48,569 nucleotides of DNA, taken from contig CAXYYA010000028.1 of NCBI GenBank assembly GCA_964293155.1, positions 1 through 48,569 of the forward strand. The letters run 5' to 3'. Position numbers and translations under genes: made by a program. The DNA comes from an uncultured Bacteroidales bacterium (GTDB lineage Bacteria; Bacteroidota; Bacteroidia; Bacteroidales; Dysgonomonadaceae). The notes under the pieces are model-generated. The model saw only the letters and a list, made by a program, of their open reading frames with translations. It had not been told where the DNA came from and searched no databases. This document shows, piece after piece, positions 19,578-28,323 of the stretch. The stretch's first letter is position 1; each line of letters begins with the position of its first letter.

Positions 19578-20090
19578 TTACTGATTCTGTCCGTAATAAA
19601 CGTCCTTTTCTGTTTGCGGGATGAGGGTGGGAGAGTACTCAACCGGAGAAAGAACGTAACTGTCGCCGAAGATAACGCGTTCGTTCTCTCTGAACGTCAG
19701 TGTTGTGTCGTCCACCATCACAAACGCGCCGGAGCCTTCCAGCAGTTTATTGTTCTTCAACAGAAAGTATTTGTCAATGTTGGAAACAAATCCTTTGGAC
19801 ATGAACCGGTAAACGCCTTTCAGCGTATCGCCCGAAATAGTGCCTTTGTATTCGCCCTGCGAGTTTTCGGCGTTGCGTAGCTTATAGAACAAAAAGCCCT
19901 TAAAATTATCGCCGGTGCGTTCCAGTTCCAGTTTAACGGTGTCTCGTTTTATTGAACCTACGTAAGACAGATACTCCGTTTTCGGAGTTGTAAGCGCCGT
20001 GGAATCAACCGTTTGGGATGTTTCGCCTCCTTTTTTAGAGGTACACGAAACTGCCATCACAAGCGCAAGTGCGAAAAATAATTGTTTCAT
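19578..20090 (-). CDS. Hypothetical lipoprotein (paralog 1 of a tandem pair)
   Basis: 170 aa with lipobox AVSC. It shares blocks with the next gene (RD-VKLELERT---F-GFLFY, GEY-G--SGDTLKGV--FMS-G--SN-DKYFL-K---LLEG). Confidence 0.6.
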   Translation of the reverse strand: MKQLFFALALVMAVSCTSKKGGETSQTVDSTALTTPKTEYLSYVGSIKRDTVKLELERTGDNFKGFLFYKLRNAENSQGEYKGTISGDTLKGVYRFMSKGFVSNIDKYFLLKNNKLLEGSGAFVMVDDTTLTFRENERVIFGDSYVLSPVEYSPTLIPQTEKDVYYGQNQ

Positions 20091-20134
20091 AAGATAAGGA
20101 AATGAAGTGGGTATAAAAAATGAGCTAAAGTTGG

Positions 20135-20659
20135 TTATTTGTTTGTTTTCAGCTTATAGTAGAACTCCCTGTTTTGGCGGGAAATAAATTCATCCGCGCA
20201 AGTTGCCGGTTGGAGGATATAACTTTCGCCGAACTTCACCCGAGCCGTATCGGTAAAAACCAGCGAAATGGAATCTTTTTCGGTGAGCGGGCCGATTCCT
20301 TCCAACAAGTTTCCGTCTTTCATCAGAAAGTATTTATCCACGTTGGATATCATTCCTTCCGACATAAAATTGAATACACCTTTCAGCGTATCGCCCGAAA
20401 CCTTGCCGTTGTATTCTCCGATGGAACTATCGCTCTCATAACGGTCGTAAAACAGAAATCCGTTGAAATCACTATCGGTGCGTTTCAGTTCCAGTCTCAC
20501 GGAATCCCGGTTTGCCGTTCCTAAAAAACAAAGTTTTTCCGTTGCCGGAACAAGTGTTGCCACCGAGTCGGTTTGAGCTGCGCTATTCCCGCTTTTGTTG
20601 TTGGTGCATGCCATCGCAAGCAATGCGATGCTTACCAGCGGCACAAAAAAATATTTCAT
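20135..20659 (-). CDS. Hypothetical lipoprotein (paralog 2 of a tandem pair)
   Basis: 174 aa with lipobox AMAC. It is clearly homologous to 19578-20090. Confidence 0.6.
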   Translation of the reverse strand: MKYFFVPLVSIALLAMACTNNKSGNSAAQTDSVATLVPATEKLCFLGTANRDSVRLELKRTDSDFNGFLFYDRYESDSSIGEYNGKVSGDTLKGVFNFMSEGMISNVDKYFLMKDGNLLEGIGPLTEKDSISLVFTDTARVKFGESYILQPATCADEFISRQNREFYYKLKTNK

Positions 20660-20729
20660 CAGTTAAGGGTATAAAATTAATTTTCCGATGTATTAACAAA
20701 TAACTGTTACCGAATGTTCTTTCGCCCCG

Positions 20730-21611
20730 TTATTTGTATATCAGTTTCTTCCCGGCCAATAAGGTGTTTTTCATCAATGAAACAATGGTCATTGGGCCAA
20801 CGCCTCCGGGAACGGGAGTGATGTACGAACATTTGGGCGCAACCTCGTCGAATGCCACATCGCCTTTCAATTTGAACCCCGATTTGGTTTTGTCGCTCGG
20901 CACACGTGTTGTGCCCACGTCAATAACCACAGCGCCTTCTTTTACCATATCGCCTTTCAAAAATTCGGGAACGCCCAGCGCAGCGATGATAATATCGGCT
21001 TGCAGACACATATCTTTGATGTTTTTTGTGCGGCTGTGGCAAACGGTTACGGTGCAATCGCCGGGATAGGCTTTTTGTAACATGAGCTGCGCCACAGGTT
21101 TACCTACGATATTGCTCCGCCCCAGCACAACACAATGCTTGCCACGGGTTTCAATTTCGTATCGTTTCAACAATTCCACGATTCCCGACGGCGTAGCCGA
21201 CAAAAAACACGGCATGCCGAGCGACATGCGGCCTACGTTCACGGGATGAAAGCCGTCAACATCTTTGCGGTAATTGATGGCTTCGGTGATTTTGTCTTCC
21301 GAAATGTGTTTGGGCAACGGCAGTTGCACGATGAAACCGTCAATATCGGCATCGTTGTTCAACCGATCTACGCAAGCGAGCAGTTCCTCTTCCGTAACAT
21401 CGTCTTCATAACGGATGAGCGTGGATTTAAAACCCACTTCTTCGCACGCTTTTACCTTGTTGGCCACGTAGGTTTCGCTGCCTCCGTCGTGTCCCACGAG
21501 AACGGCGGCCAAATGTGGCGTTTTTCCACCGTTGGCTCTAAGTTGCGTAACTTCTTCCGCGATTTCTTTTTTTATTTGGGCGGCTACGGCCTTTCCGTCG
21601 ATTAACTGCAT
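20730..21611 (-). CDS. folD: Bifunctional methylenetetrahydrofolate dehydrogenase/cyclohydrolase
   Basis: [21 protein letters not shown]... with a C-terminal NAD(P)-binding domain (GRSNIVGKP). The ATG at 21611 is preferred. The alternative upstream ATG at 21641 lies inside a hairpin. Confidence 0.9.
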   Translation of the reverse strand: MQLIDGKAVAAQIKKEIAEEVTQLRANGGKTPHLAAVLVGHDGGSETYVANKVKACEEVGFKSTLIRYEDDVTEEELLACVDRLNNDADIDGFIVQLPLPKHISEDKITEAINYRKDVDGFHPVNVGRMSLGMPCFLSATPSGIVELLKRYEIETRGKHCVVLGRSNIVGKPVAQLMLQKAYPGDCTVTVCHSRTKNIKDMCLQADIIIAALGVPEFLKGDMVKEGAVVIDVGTTRVPSDKTKSGFKLKGDVAFDEVAPKCSYITPVPGGVGPMTIVSLMKNTLLAGKKLIYK

Positions 21612-21661
21612 AATTATATTTTTTATTTGAGACGCAAGCATTGCGTCTCTACAACCCGCAA

Positions 21662-22987
21662 CTATCTTCTTCTCATATTTTTCATCATCGCTTTTCCGCC
21701 GCCGGTAGTCATCATACGCATCATTTTGCGGGTCTCGTCGAACTGTTTGAGCAGTTTGTTCACTTCCTGAACACTGGTTCCGCTTCCCAAAGCGATGCGT
21801 GCGCGGCGGCTGCCGTTCAGTATCTCGGGATTGGTGCGTTCTTTCGGCGTCATTGAGCGGATGATGGCTTCGATGCCTCTGAAAGCATCGTCGTCAATAT
21901 CCATATCTTTGATCTGTTTTCCAACACCGGGTATCATGGATGCCAAATCCTTGAGGTTACCCATTTTTTTGATTTGCTGGATTTGGGAAATGAAATCGTT
22001 GAAATCGAATTGATTTTTGGCGATCTTTTTCTGTAGGCGACGGGCTTCCTCTTCGTCGTATTGTTCCTGCGCTTTCTCAACCAGCGAAACAATGTCGCCC
22101 ATGCCGAGAATACGGTCGGCCATACGTTCGGGATGGAAAACATCAATCGCATCCAGCTTTTCGCCCGTTCCCACAAACTTAATAGGTTTGTTCACAACCG
22201 AGCGAATGGAAAGCGCGGCTCCGCCGCGGGTATCGCCGTCCAGCTTGGTAAGCACAACGCCGTTGAAATCGAGCCTGTCGTTAAATTCTTTTGCGGTGTT
22301 CACCGCATCCTGTCCGGTCATGGCATCCACAACGAAAAGGATTTCCTGCGGATTTACGGCATTCTTGATGGCGGTGATCTCGTTCATCATCTGCTCGTCA
22401 ATGGCCAGACGTCCTGCCGTGTCAATGATCACGAGGTCTTTACCGTGCTGACGGGCGTATTGAATGGCGTTTTGCGCGATCTTGACCGGATTTTTGTTCT
22501 CTTCTTCCGAATACACCGGCACGCCGATTTGCTCGCCCAGCACTTTCAACTGCTCAATGGCCGCAGGACGATATACGTCGCCGGCAACCAACAACGGATT
22601 TTTGCCGCGCTTGGATTTGAGCATGTTCGCCAGCTTTCCCGAAAACGTAGTTTTACCCGAACCTTGTAACCCCGACATCAGAATAATCGCCGGATTGCCC
22701 TTGATGTTAATATCGGTGGCGGTACCGCCCATGAGGGTTGCCAACTCGTCGTGGACGATCTTAACCATCAACTGGTCGGGTTTCACGGCGGTAAGCACGT
22801 CTTGCCCCATCGCTTTCTCCTTGACGGTTTCGGTGAAATCTTTGGCAGTTTTATAGTTCACGTCGGCATCGAGCAACGCGCGGCGCACTTCTTTTAGCGT
22901 AGAAGCAACGTTAATTTCGGTGATTCTTCCTTCACCTTTCAGTATCTTGAACGACCTTTCGAGCCTGTCACTTAAATTTTCAAACAT
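21662..22987 (-). CDS. ffh: Signal recognition particle protein Ffh (SRP54)
   Basis: [24 protein letters not shown]..., an NG domain (GLQGSGKTT), and a Met-rich M domain. Confidence 0.95.
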   Translation of the reverse strand: MFENLSDRLERSFKILKGEGRITEINVASTLKEVRRALLDADVNYKTAKDFTETVKEKAMGQDVLTAVKPDQLMVKIVHDELATLMGGTATDINIKGNPAIILMSGLQGSGKTTFSGKLANMLKSKRGKNPLLVAGDVYRPAAIEQLKVLGEQIGVPVYSEEENKNPVKIAQNAIQYARQHGKDLVIIDTAGRLAIDEQMMNEITAIKNAVNPQEILFVVDAMTGQDAVNTAKEFNDRLDFNGVVLTKLDGDTRGGAALSIRSVVNKPIKFVGTGEKLDAIDVFHPERMADRILGMGDIVSLVEKAQEQYDEEEARRLQKKIAKNQFDFNDFISQIQQIKKMGNLKDLASMIPGVGKQIKDMDIDDDAFRGIEAIIRSMTPKERTNPEILNGSRRARIALGSGTSVQEVNKLLKQFDETRKMMRMMTTGGGKAMMKNMRRR

Positions 22988-23142
22988 CGTAATTTATCCT
23001 ATATTTTTATTGGGCTACAAAGATAGTGAAAATGCTTTATTTGGCAAAGACGTAAAGTTTATCCGCAATGTTTCGAGGCTGAGAATTTTCAGTAGTCATG
23101 GCTAAAGCCGGTGTTCACGTTTGCTGGGTTCTCCGCTTTAAA

Positions 23143-23292
23143 CAGGCTGTGTAAGAAACATCGCAACAGTATCATTTTGTCATTCCGACGATAGGAGGAA
23201 TCTTTATTTGTCATAAATTATAAACTCTTCACTCCGCAAAGCTGCGTTCAGAGTGACAAAAAGACACCTAATTTTCATTTTTACACAGCCTC
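23143..23292. mobile_element. MITE-like element, family B, copy 2 (TAAA target-site duplication)
   Basis: ~95% identical to 9536-9684 and flanked by direct TAAA/TAAA. A solo family-A right TIR remnant (ttgcggataatca) lies at 23317-23329. Confidence 0.6.
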
Positions 23293-23650
23293 TAAAAGCA
23301 GGGTTATTAAGACGTATTGCGGATAATCAAAAAAATGACTATTTTTGTGAACGGGAAAAACATTTGTAAATGCCCATTAATTTGGTTGATTATTAAATCG
23401 CATAAATGAAGATGTTGGCAACGATTTGTAAATGTAAACTACAAAAATTTGGTAAATGGACAAGATTTGGTTAATAACAATAGCAACTGCAATTTTTTTG
23501 ATCATAAATTTTCTTTTTTATAAAACGCTCAACGTGTATTACAAAGAGGAATTTGGCAAAAAGACGTGAAAATTAGGAGGAGGGAGAATATACTTTTGGC
23601 AGGCATCAATAATTGTCAGCACAATAGGTGCGTTGATAGCAATTTATTTT

Positions 23651-23850
23651 TTAAAATAGTAAACGTTCATCACACCCTTCCCGCTTACGCGGATTTCTCG
23701 TCATAACGAGCGCACAGGTTCGAGCGGTAATCGGTGTGTGCCGCAGGCAAGAGTTTACTTCGTAACACACGCTTTGCAAAAGCGCGCGAGCACAAGCGGG
23801 ACACGAAGTTTGTAACTTCGTGAACGAAGGCACAGCCATCGTCTCCCAAT
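23651..23850. repeat. GC-rich cluster of five short hairpins (BIME-like), related to 45780-46110
   Basis: ccgc-ttac-gcgg, ctcgt-cata-acgag, cgcttt-gca-aaagcg and cacgaagtt-tgt-aacttcgtg. It shares motifs (ttgtaacttc, tgccgca, ttcgtaac) with the 45780-46110 array. The local GC is well above the genome background. Confidence 0.35.
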
Positions 23851-23892
23851 AAAAAAATCCGCCAAACGCTTCATCGCTTGGCGGATTTTTTA
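23851..23892. terminator. Strong bidirectional terminator at the end of the minus-strand gene array
   Basis: aaaaaaa-atccgccaa-acgcttcatcgc-ttggcggat-tttttta, a 9-bp perfect stem. Confidence 0.7.
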
Positions 23893-23912
23893 TACAGTTG
23901 ATCTTTAAATTT

Positions 23913-24743
23913 CTACAAAGGTATTAAGTAAAATGCCGACACGGAAAACCCTGAACTTACTTTATAATCGGCAGCGCTATCTTTCGTAAACGGGAAATTG
24001 AGCGAATATCCAAATTGCAGCTCAAAATTGCCCAAATTTACACTCAAGGGGAGAAACAGCTGGACGTTTAACAAGCCGAATACTTCCTCGGGAGTGGTTG
24101 CAAGGTTTATGGTTTCTTTGGCAAAATAGCCCGAAATTTCAGGGCCGAAATAAAAACGGTTGTTTTTCCCAAAATCTAAAAAATAAAAACCGGCAAAAAC
24201 GCTCGGACTGAGCGTATAGAATGTCTGACTCCCGAAAAGCAAATTGTTGGAGATACGTGCTCCATACCAGTCTTTTCGGTACGAAAGCGTTAAGTTGGCA
24301 TTGTTTTCATAGGGATAAATGGCTGTGGTGTCGGAATTGTAAATGAGACGGCTGTATGAACCGCTGGCTCTGAAGTGCTTGCTTTTATCCAGGTAAAGGC
24401 CGTATCCAAGCGTCAGCATTGTTGTGGTGTAGCCGGGCGAAAGCTGGTCGTACCATATTCCGGATGCTCCTGCAAAGAGTCCGTATTTGCTGAAATAATA
24501 AACGTGACCACTTACATTCGCTAAGTCGGTACCGATTTCTCTGCCTGCAAAGAACGTTTTATTATTGTAATTAAGGCCTGCGTACAAAAAGTCTTTCTTT
24601 TCACTAATTATTTCAGACAATAAAGTTTCATCACTAAATATCAAATCATTTAGTAATGAGTCAATTCTATCGGTTTGAGCGGCGGCTGAAATACCGTATA
24701 GAAGGAACAATATAAAGAATGCTTTTTTCATATGTTTATTCAT
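23913..24743 (-). CDS. Hypothetical outer-membrane beta-barrel protein
   Basis: 276 aa with a signal peptide (MKKAFFILFLLYGISAAAQ). Amphipathic beta-strands alternate with aromatic girdles. Alternative ATG at 24731. Confidence 0.55.
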   Translation of the reverse strand: MNKHMKKAFFILFLLYGISAAAQTDRIDSLLNDLIFSDETLLSEIISEKKDFLYAGLNYNNKTFFAGREIGTDLANVSGHVYYFSKYGLFAGASGIWYDQLSPGYTTTMLTLGYGLYLDKSKHFRASGSYSRLIYNSDTTAIYPYENNANLTLSYRKDWYGARISNNLLFGSQTFYTLSPSVFAGFYFLDFGKNNRFYFGPEISGYFAKETINLATTPEEVFGLLNVQLFLPLSVNLGNFELQFGYSLNFPFTKDSAADYKVSSGFSVSAFYLIPL

Positions 24744-24916
24744 TGATTTTTACATTATGGTCACATAGCTCATTCGAACGTACGAGAGAACACGCGTTTT
24801 AATTAATCCCCTGTTTCAAAATTATTCCGGTATGGCAGTTATTCCAATACCTTTAATAAAAACTTTTGAAAGAGCGTGAGCTCTTTCAAAAGTAATTTAA
24901 TTTTCATAATTAAGGT

Positions 24917-25558
24917 TTATTTGCCGCCACCTTTCATGCCGCCACCTTTTCCACCACCTTCGCCAAGCTGCTGCATTTGTTGCTGCATTTGCTGTTGCTG
25001 GCTGCCGGTAGATATATTCTGGTGTTCTCTGATTTGGTTGCGTTGTTGTTCCTTAACCTGTTCTTTGGTTTGCGTTGCAACTCCTTTGTTCAACCGGTTT
25101 TGATCTCTATACTGCAATTTCAGCATATTGCGTTGTTCTTCCGACAGAGAATTCATAAAGGCTTCTCTTTTTTCAGCTCTGGTCATCGTTTGGTTTTGAA
25201 GCAATTCAATTTGTTCGGGGGTAAGAGAGTTCTTGAATTGTTCGCGATTTCTCTGATTTACCATGCTCTGAATATCAGCATTTACCTGATTCCCTGTTGC
25301 TGAATGTAACCGATCCCGATCCCTCTGTTGCAATTGGTCAGCATCTTCAAGCGGATCGTGAATGCGGTCTCTTGTCTGGTCTTTCAACTGATCTTTCAGT
25401 TGATCTTTAGTTTGATCTTTGGTCTGATCTTTCAATTGATCCTTTTTTTCAATTTTGGTTTGGTCTTTTGCTCTTATAGGTGTGGTTTGAGCAAATGTAT
25501 TTGCGGCTAAAAAAAGAAAAGCTACAAATAAAACTCCGAAGATTGATTTTGTTTTCAT
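24917..25558 (-). CDS. Secreted LTXXQ-motif (Spy/CpxP/ZraP-like) periplasmic protein with an N-terminal KDQ[T/L] repeats and a Gly/Lys-rich tail
   Basis: Signal peptide, then (KDQx)n, then NSLTPEQIELLQ...REAFMNSLSEEQRNMLK (two LTXXQ motifs), then GGGKGGGMKGGGK. Confidence 0.65.
   Translation of the reverse strand: MKTKSIFGVLFVAFLFLAANTFAQTTPIRAKDQTKIEKKDQLKDQTKDQTKDQLKDQLKDQTRDRIHDPLEDADQLQQRDRDRLHSATGNQVNADIQSMVNQRNREQFKNSLTPEQIELLQNQTMTRAEKREAFMNSLSEEQRNMLKLQYRDQNRLNKGVATQTKEQVKEQQRNQIREHQNISTGSQQQQMQQQMQQLGEGGGKGGGMKGGGK
25375..25475. repeat. 12-bp tandem repeats (gatctttnnntt) encoding the KDQ[T/L] repeats
   Basis: tctttcaactgatctttcagttgatctttagtttgatctttggtctgatctttcaattgatcc. Confidence 0.5.
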
Positions 25559-25691
25559 AATTCTTGTTTTTAATAATTAATTCGTTTCCGTTTTGTATAA
25601 GATAACCGAACAAGTCTTGTAATACCCTACTTTTTTATTGAGATTTTTTCAATTAAATACTTTTTTTACTTTGAAAGGCGGTTCCAGCGGT

Positions 25692-26948
25692 TTATCTTGG
25701 AGATTGTTTTCCGCCTTCTCTTCTCATTCCGCCACCTTCTTTTTCAACCGGAGTGTTGGACAACTGGTTTTTACGATTCCGTTGTTCATCTTTCACGTTC
25801 TCTTTTATTCCGTCTTTGTGAACATCTTTGCCGAATTCTATTTCAGTGTTTTGATCCCTGAGCAATTGTCTTTGTTCGTTTGTAAGGGATTTAATGAACG
25901 CTTTCTGTCTTTCAGTTCTGCTCAACGTTTTGTCTTCCAGAATGTCGAGTTGCTTTTGGGTCAGTGAGTTTCTGAATCGGTTTTTAGCCGGTTCCGCATT
26001 ATTGTCTGCTGTTTCCCCCTGGCGATTTTGAAGATTCGTGCGTTCCTGATTTTCGGTTTGCAGTTTTGTCTCCGCTTCGTCTAGTAAGTTTTTAATTTCG
26101 TTTAAATGATTTTCCTTTAGCTCATTCGACAAATTCGGTTCTACTTTTAACGGGGTTGGCTCCTGCAACTGAATTTTCTCCTGACTCATCGTTCTCTGCC
26201 TTTCCGGTTCGGGTTTCATTTCGTCTTTTGGAATGACGGCAGGTTTTTCTTCCGTGATATTCATATCTTTTTCTTCTACGGCTACAGTTACTTCCGGAGT
26301 TACCTCAGTAGGATTGTTGTGATGCTGAGAAATAATTTCGAACTGTTTATCCGCCTTCAGCCTTGCTTTCTGACCGGTCGTTATCACAACTTCGTTTTTT
26401 TCGGCAAACTCCACAAGCATCACTTTTCCATGTTCGCAATTCACCTGGTATTCATTTTCGCGAGCCGTTACCAAAAATCGTGTTCCTAAAACCACCGTTT
26501 TGGCCTTTTCAGAAACAACTTCGAACCTACTTCCGCTTTCCACTTCAAAATAAGCTTCGCCGTTTAGCTTTGTTGTCCGGCTGAACTTCCACAGCAAAGG
26601 TTTGTAGCTCAGCGACGAATTGGCGTGCAACACCACCTTGGAATTGTCCGGCAAAAGAAAACTCTTTTCAGCTATCACGGTTTTCACATTCTTTGTATAT
26701 AATGTTGCTGTAACAGCAAATGAAACCAATAAAGCGATCGAGGCTACTGCCGCGTATTTCAACAGTTGGAAATACCGGACGGGCTGAACTTTCTTCCCGG
26801 TTGGGTTAGCATCCAGTTTTGCTTCCATTTCCATCCAAATATCCTCTTTGGACCTGATCCATTGAGGTCGGGTGTTGGAAATGATATCTTCTACTTCCTT
26901 CGAAAATACGATATTTTCTTTTTCGGAATATGTATGTTTAATAATCAT
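25692..26948 (-). CDS. FecR-family anti-sigma factor with a C-terminal LTXXQ (Spy/CpxP-like) extension
   Basis: 418 aa with a cytoplasmic N-terminus, one TM (LLKYAAVASIALLVSFAVTATLY) and a FecR domain (GEAYFEV...VVLGTRFLV). After a ~180-aa Glu/Lys/Gln-rich linker comes NSLTQKQLDILEDKTLSRTERQKAFIKSLTNEQRQLLR. This segment is homologous to the protein encoded at 24917-25558, including the Gly-rich end. It starts 9 bp after the sigma gene. Confidence 0.75.
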   Translation of the reverse strand: MIIKHTYSEKENIVFSKEVEDIISNTRPQWIRSKEDIWMEMEAKLDANPTGKKVQPVRYFQLLKYAAVASIALLVSFAVTATLYTKNVKTVIAEKSFLLPDNSKVVLHANSSLSYKPLLWKFSRTTKLNGEAYFEVESGSRFEVVSEKAKTVVLGTRFLVTARENEYQVNCEHGKVMLVEFAEKNEVVITTGQKARLKADKQFEIISQHHNNPTEVTPEVTVAVEEKDMNITEEKPAVIPKDEMKPEPERQRTMSQEKIQLQEPTPLKVEPNLSNELKENHLNEIKNLLDEAETKLQTENQERTNLQNRQGETADNNAEPAKNRFRNSLTQKQLDILEDKTLSRTERQKAFIKSLTNEQRQLLRDQNTEIEFGKDVHKDGIKENVKDEQRNRKNQLSNTPVEKEGGGMRREGGKQSPR

Positions 26949-26957
26949 AGGGTTTGG

Positions 26958-27440
26958 TTATAATAATGATTTTTTCAAAAATTGTAATGCTGCACTCATT
27001 CGTTTTTCTACAGCTTTCACACTTAAGCCCAGACGTTCGGCAATTTCCCAGTATTTCAAGCCCTCAATCCTCGACATTAGAAATACGGCTCGTTGCTTTT
27101 CGTTCAAACTGTTAAGTGCGATTTTATACTTTTCAAGTAACTCTTTGTGACTCAATGTATCTTCTGTCGAAGGCTCGTTACCGTAATAACGGATCGAAGC
27201 TATATAGTTCATTTCCAATACATCACGTCTATATTTACTAACAAACATGTCACCGGCAATTTTATAGAGGAGACGTTTTGCTGTTGTTTTATCTACCTCG
27301 AATTGTTTCTCCCAAAGCCGCATAAAAACCTCCTGTGCTATGTCTGAAGCATCATCCGGCCCCGCACCTCTATAATACAGGTAACCCCGTACCGAATCGA
27401 AGTAGGTATCGAACAAATATTTAAAATCCTCTTTTGTCAA
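26958..27440 (-). CDS. ECF-type RNA polymerase sigma-70 factor (copy 2)
   Basis: 160 aa with region 2 (DIAQEVFMRLW) and region 4 HTH (LKYWEIAERLGLSVKAVEKRM). The start codon is TTG; an in-frame stop lies immediately upstream and no ATG precedes region 2. Confidence 0.8.
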   Translation of the reverse strand: MTKEDFKYLFDTYFDSVRGYLYYRGAGPDDASDIAQEVFMRLWEKQFEVDKTTAKRLLYKIAGDMFVSKYRRDVLEMNYIASIRYYGNEPSTEDTLSHKELLEKYKIALNSLNEKQRAVFLMSRIEGLKYWEIAERLGLSVKAVEKRMSAALQFLKKSLL

Positions 27441-27708
27441 AATACAATGTACTTAACTTTGTTAGTATCCGAATGAATAAGCAAATACCCTACAATTTTT
27501 ATTATTATTCTTAATAAATTCCCGAAAATTATGAAAAATCAGGCATTTCAGGAAGATACCCATGAGTTTATTTCAACTTTTTTGACGATAAATAAACCGG
27601 CATTTTAAGTGGCACCGTGCTCAGCTATTTTTTCGCTGAATAAGGAATGGGCAATGCCGCAAGAAACGTTAGTGCCCGGTTTTATAATAAACAATATAAA
27701 TAAAGCGC

Positions 27709-28323
27709 TTATTTCACCAAATTCAAACCATCCTTTGCCGATTGATCCGTTGGCGAGATAATGAGAACCGTGTTGAAAAGCCGTTGCGCATCGTTCTTTT
27801 TCCCGAGGAAATATTTTGTCCAGGCGCTCATCAGCGTAGAGTAATAATCGAACGGATACATCTGTTGCACCAAATCGAAATATTTCTCGGCTTCCATAAA
27901 GTTTTTCCGATAATAATAAATGTTTCCCAGCGCGTAATTTACCCGCGAATTCACCTTGTCCAGCAAAAGAATTTTTTTGTAAACCGCTTCCAATTCATCG
28001 GTTTTTTTCTGCGCTTCCAGCGGATAGCACAGGCCGAGCAGCGCTTCAACCGCTTTAGGAGCTATGTCCACCGCTTTTTGGTAAAATTTCTTGCTGCTTT
28101 CGTAATCTTTGGAAAGATAATACAACCAACCCATTCTCAGAAATTTATGATAATCGAATCCATTCAGGCTGTTTAATTCGCTGATGGCTTTCTGGTAATC
28201 GCCTGACGACTCGTACTGATAACTGTTTGCAAAAACCTGCGAAGGATTCACCTGTGCCGATGCGGTAATTAAGCCCGCCGCCAGCAGAAAGGTGAGTACC
28301 GTTTTTTTAATTAAAAGTTCCAT
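27709..28323 (-). CDS. Tetratricopeptide-repeat secreted/lipoprotein
   Basis: 204 aa with a signal peptide and 4-5 TPR-like helical repeats. Confidence 0.6.
   Translation of the reverse strand: MELLIKKTVLTFLLAAGLITASAQVNPSQVFANSYQYESSGDYQKAISELNSLNGFDYHKFLRMGWLYYLSKDYESSKKFYQKAVDIAPKAVEALLGLCYPLEAQKKTDELEAVYKKILLLDKVNSRVNYALGNIYYYRKNFMEAEKYFDLVQQMYPFDYYSTLMSAWTKYFLGKKNDAQRLFNTVLIISPTDQSAKDGLNLVK

Noticed and set aside
23651-23839. 62-aa minus-strand ORF (MAVPSFTKLQTSCPACARALL...)
   Set aside because: It lies within a hairpin-dense GC-rich block. The Cys/Arg-rich translation is probably non-coding.
23600-23900. Possibility that the GC-rich block next to ffh is the SRP (4.5S) RNA, RNase P RNA, tmRNA or 6S RNA
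   Set aside because: None of the conserved sequence blocks I recall for those RNAs (SRP domain IV GGAAGCAGCC-type, the RNase P GGAAAGTCCGGGCTCC block, the tmRNA 5' GGGGCTGATTCTGG) are present. It is left as an unclassified hairpin cluster.
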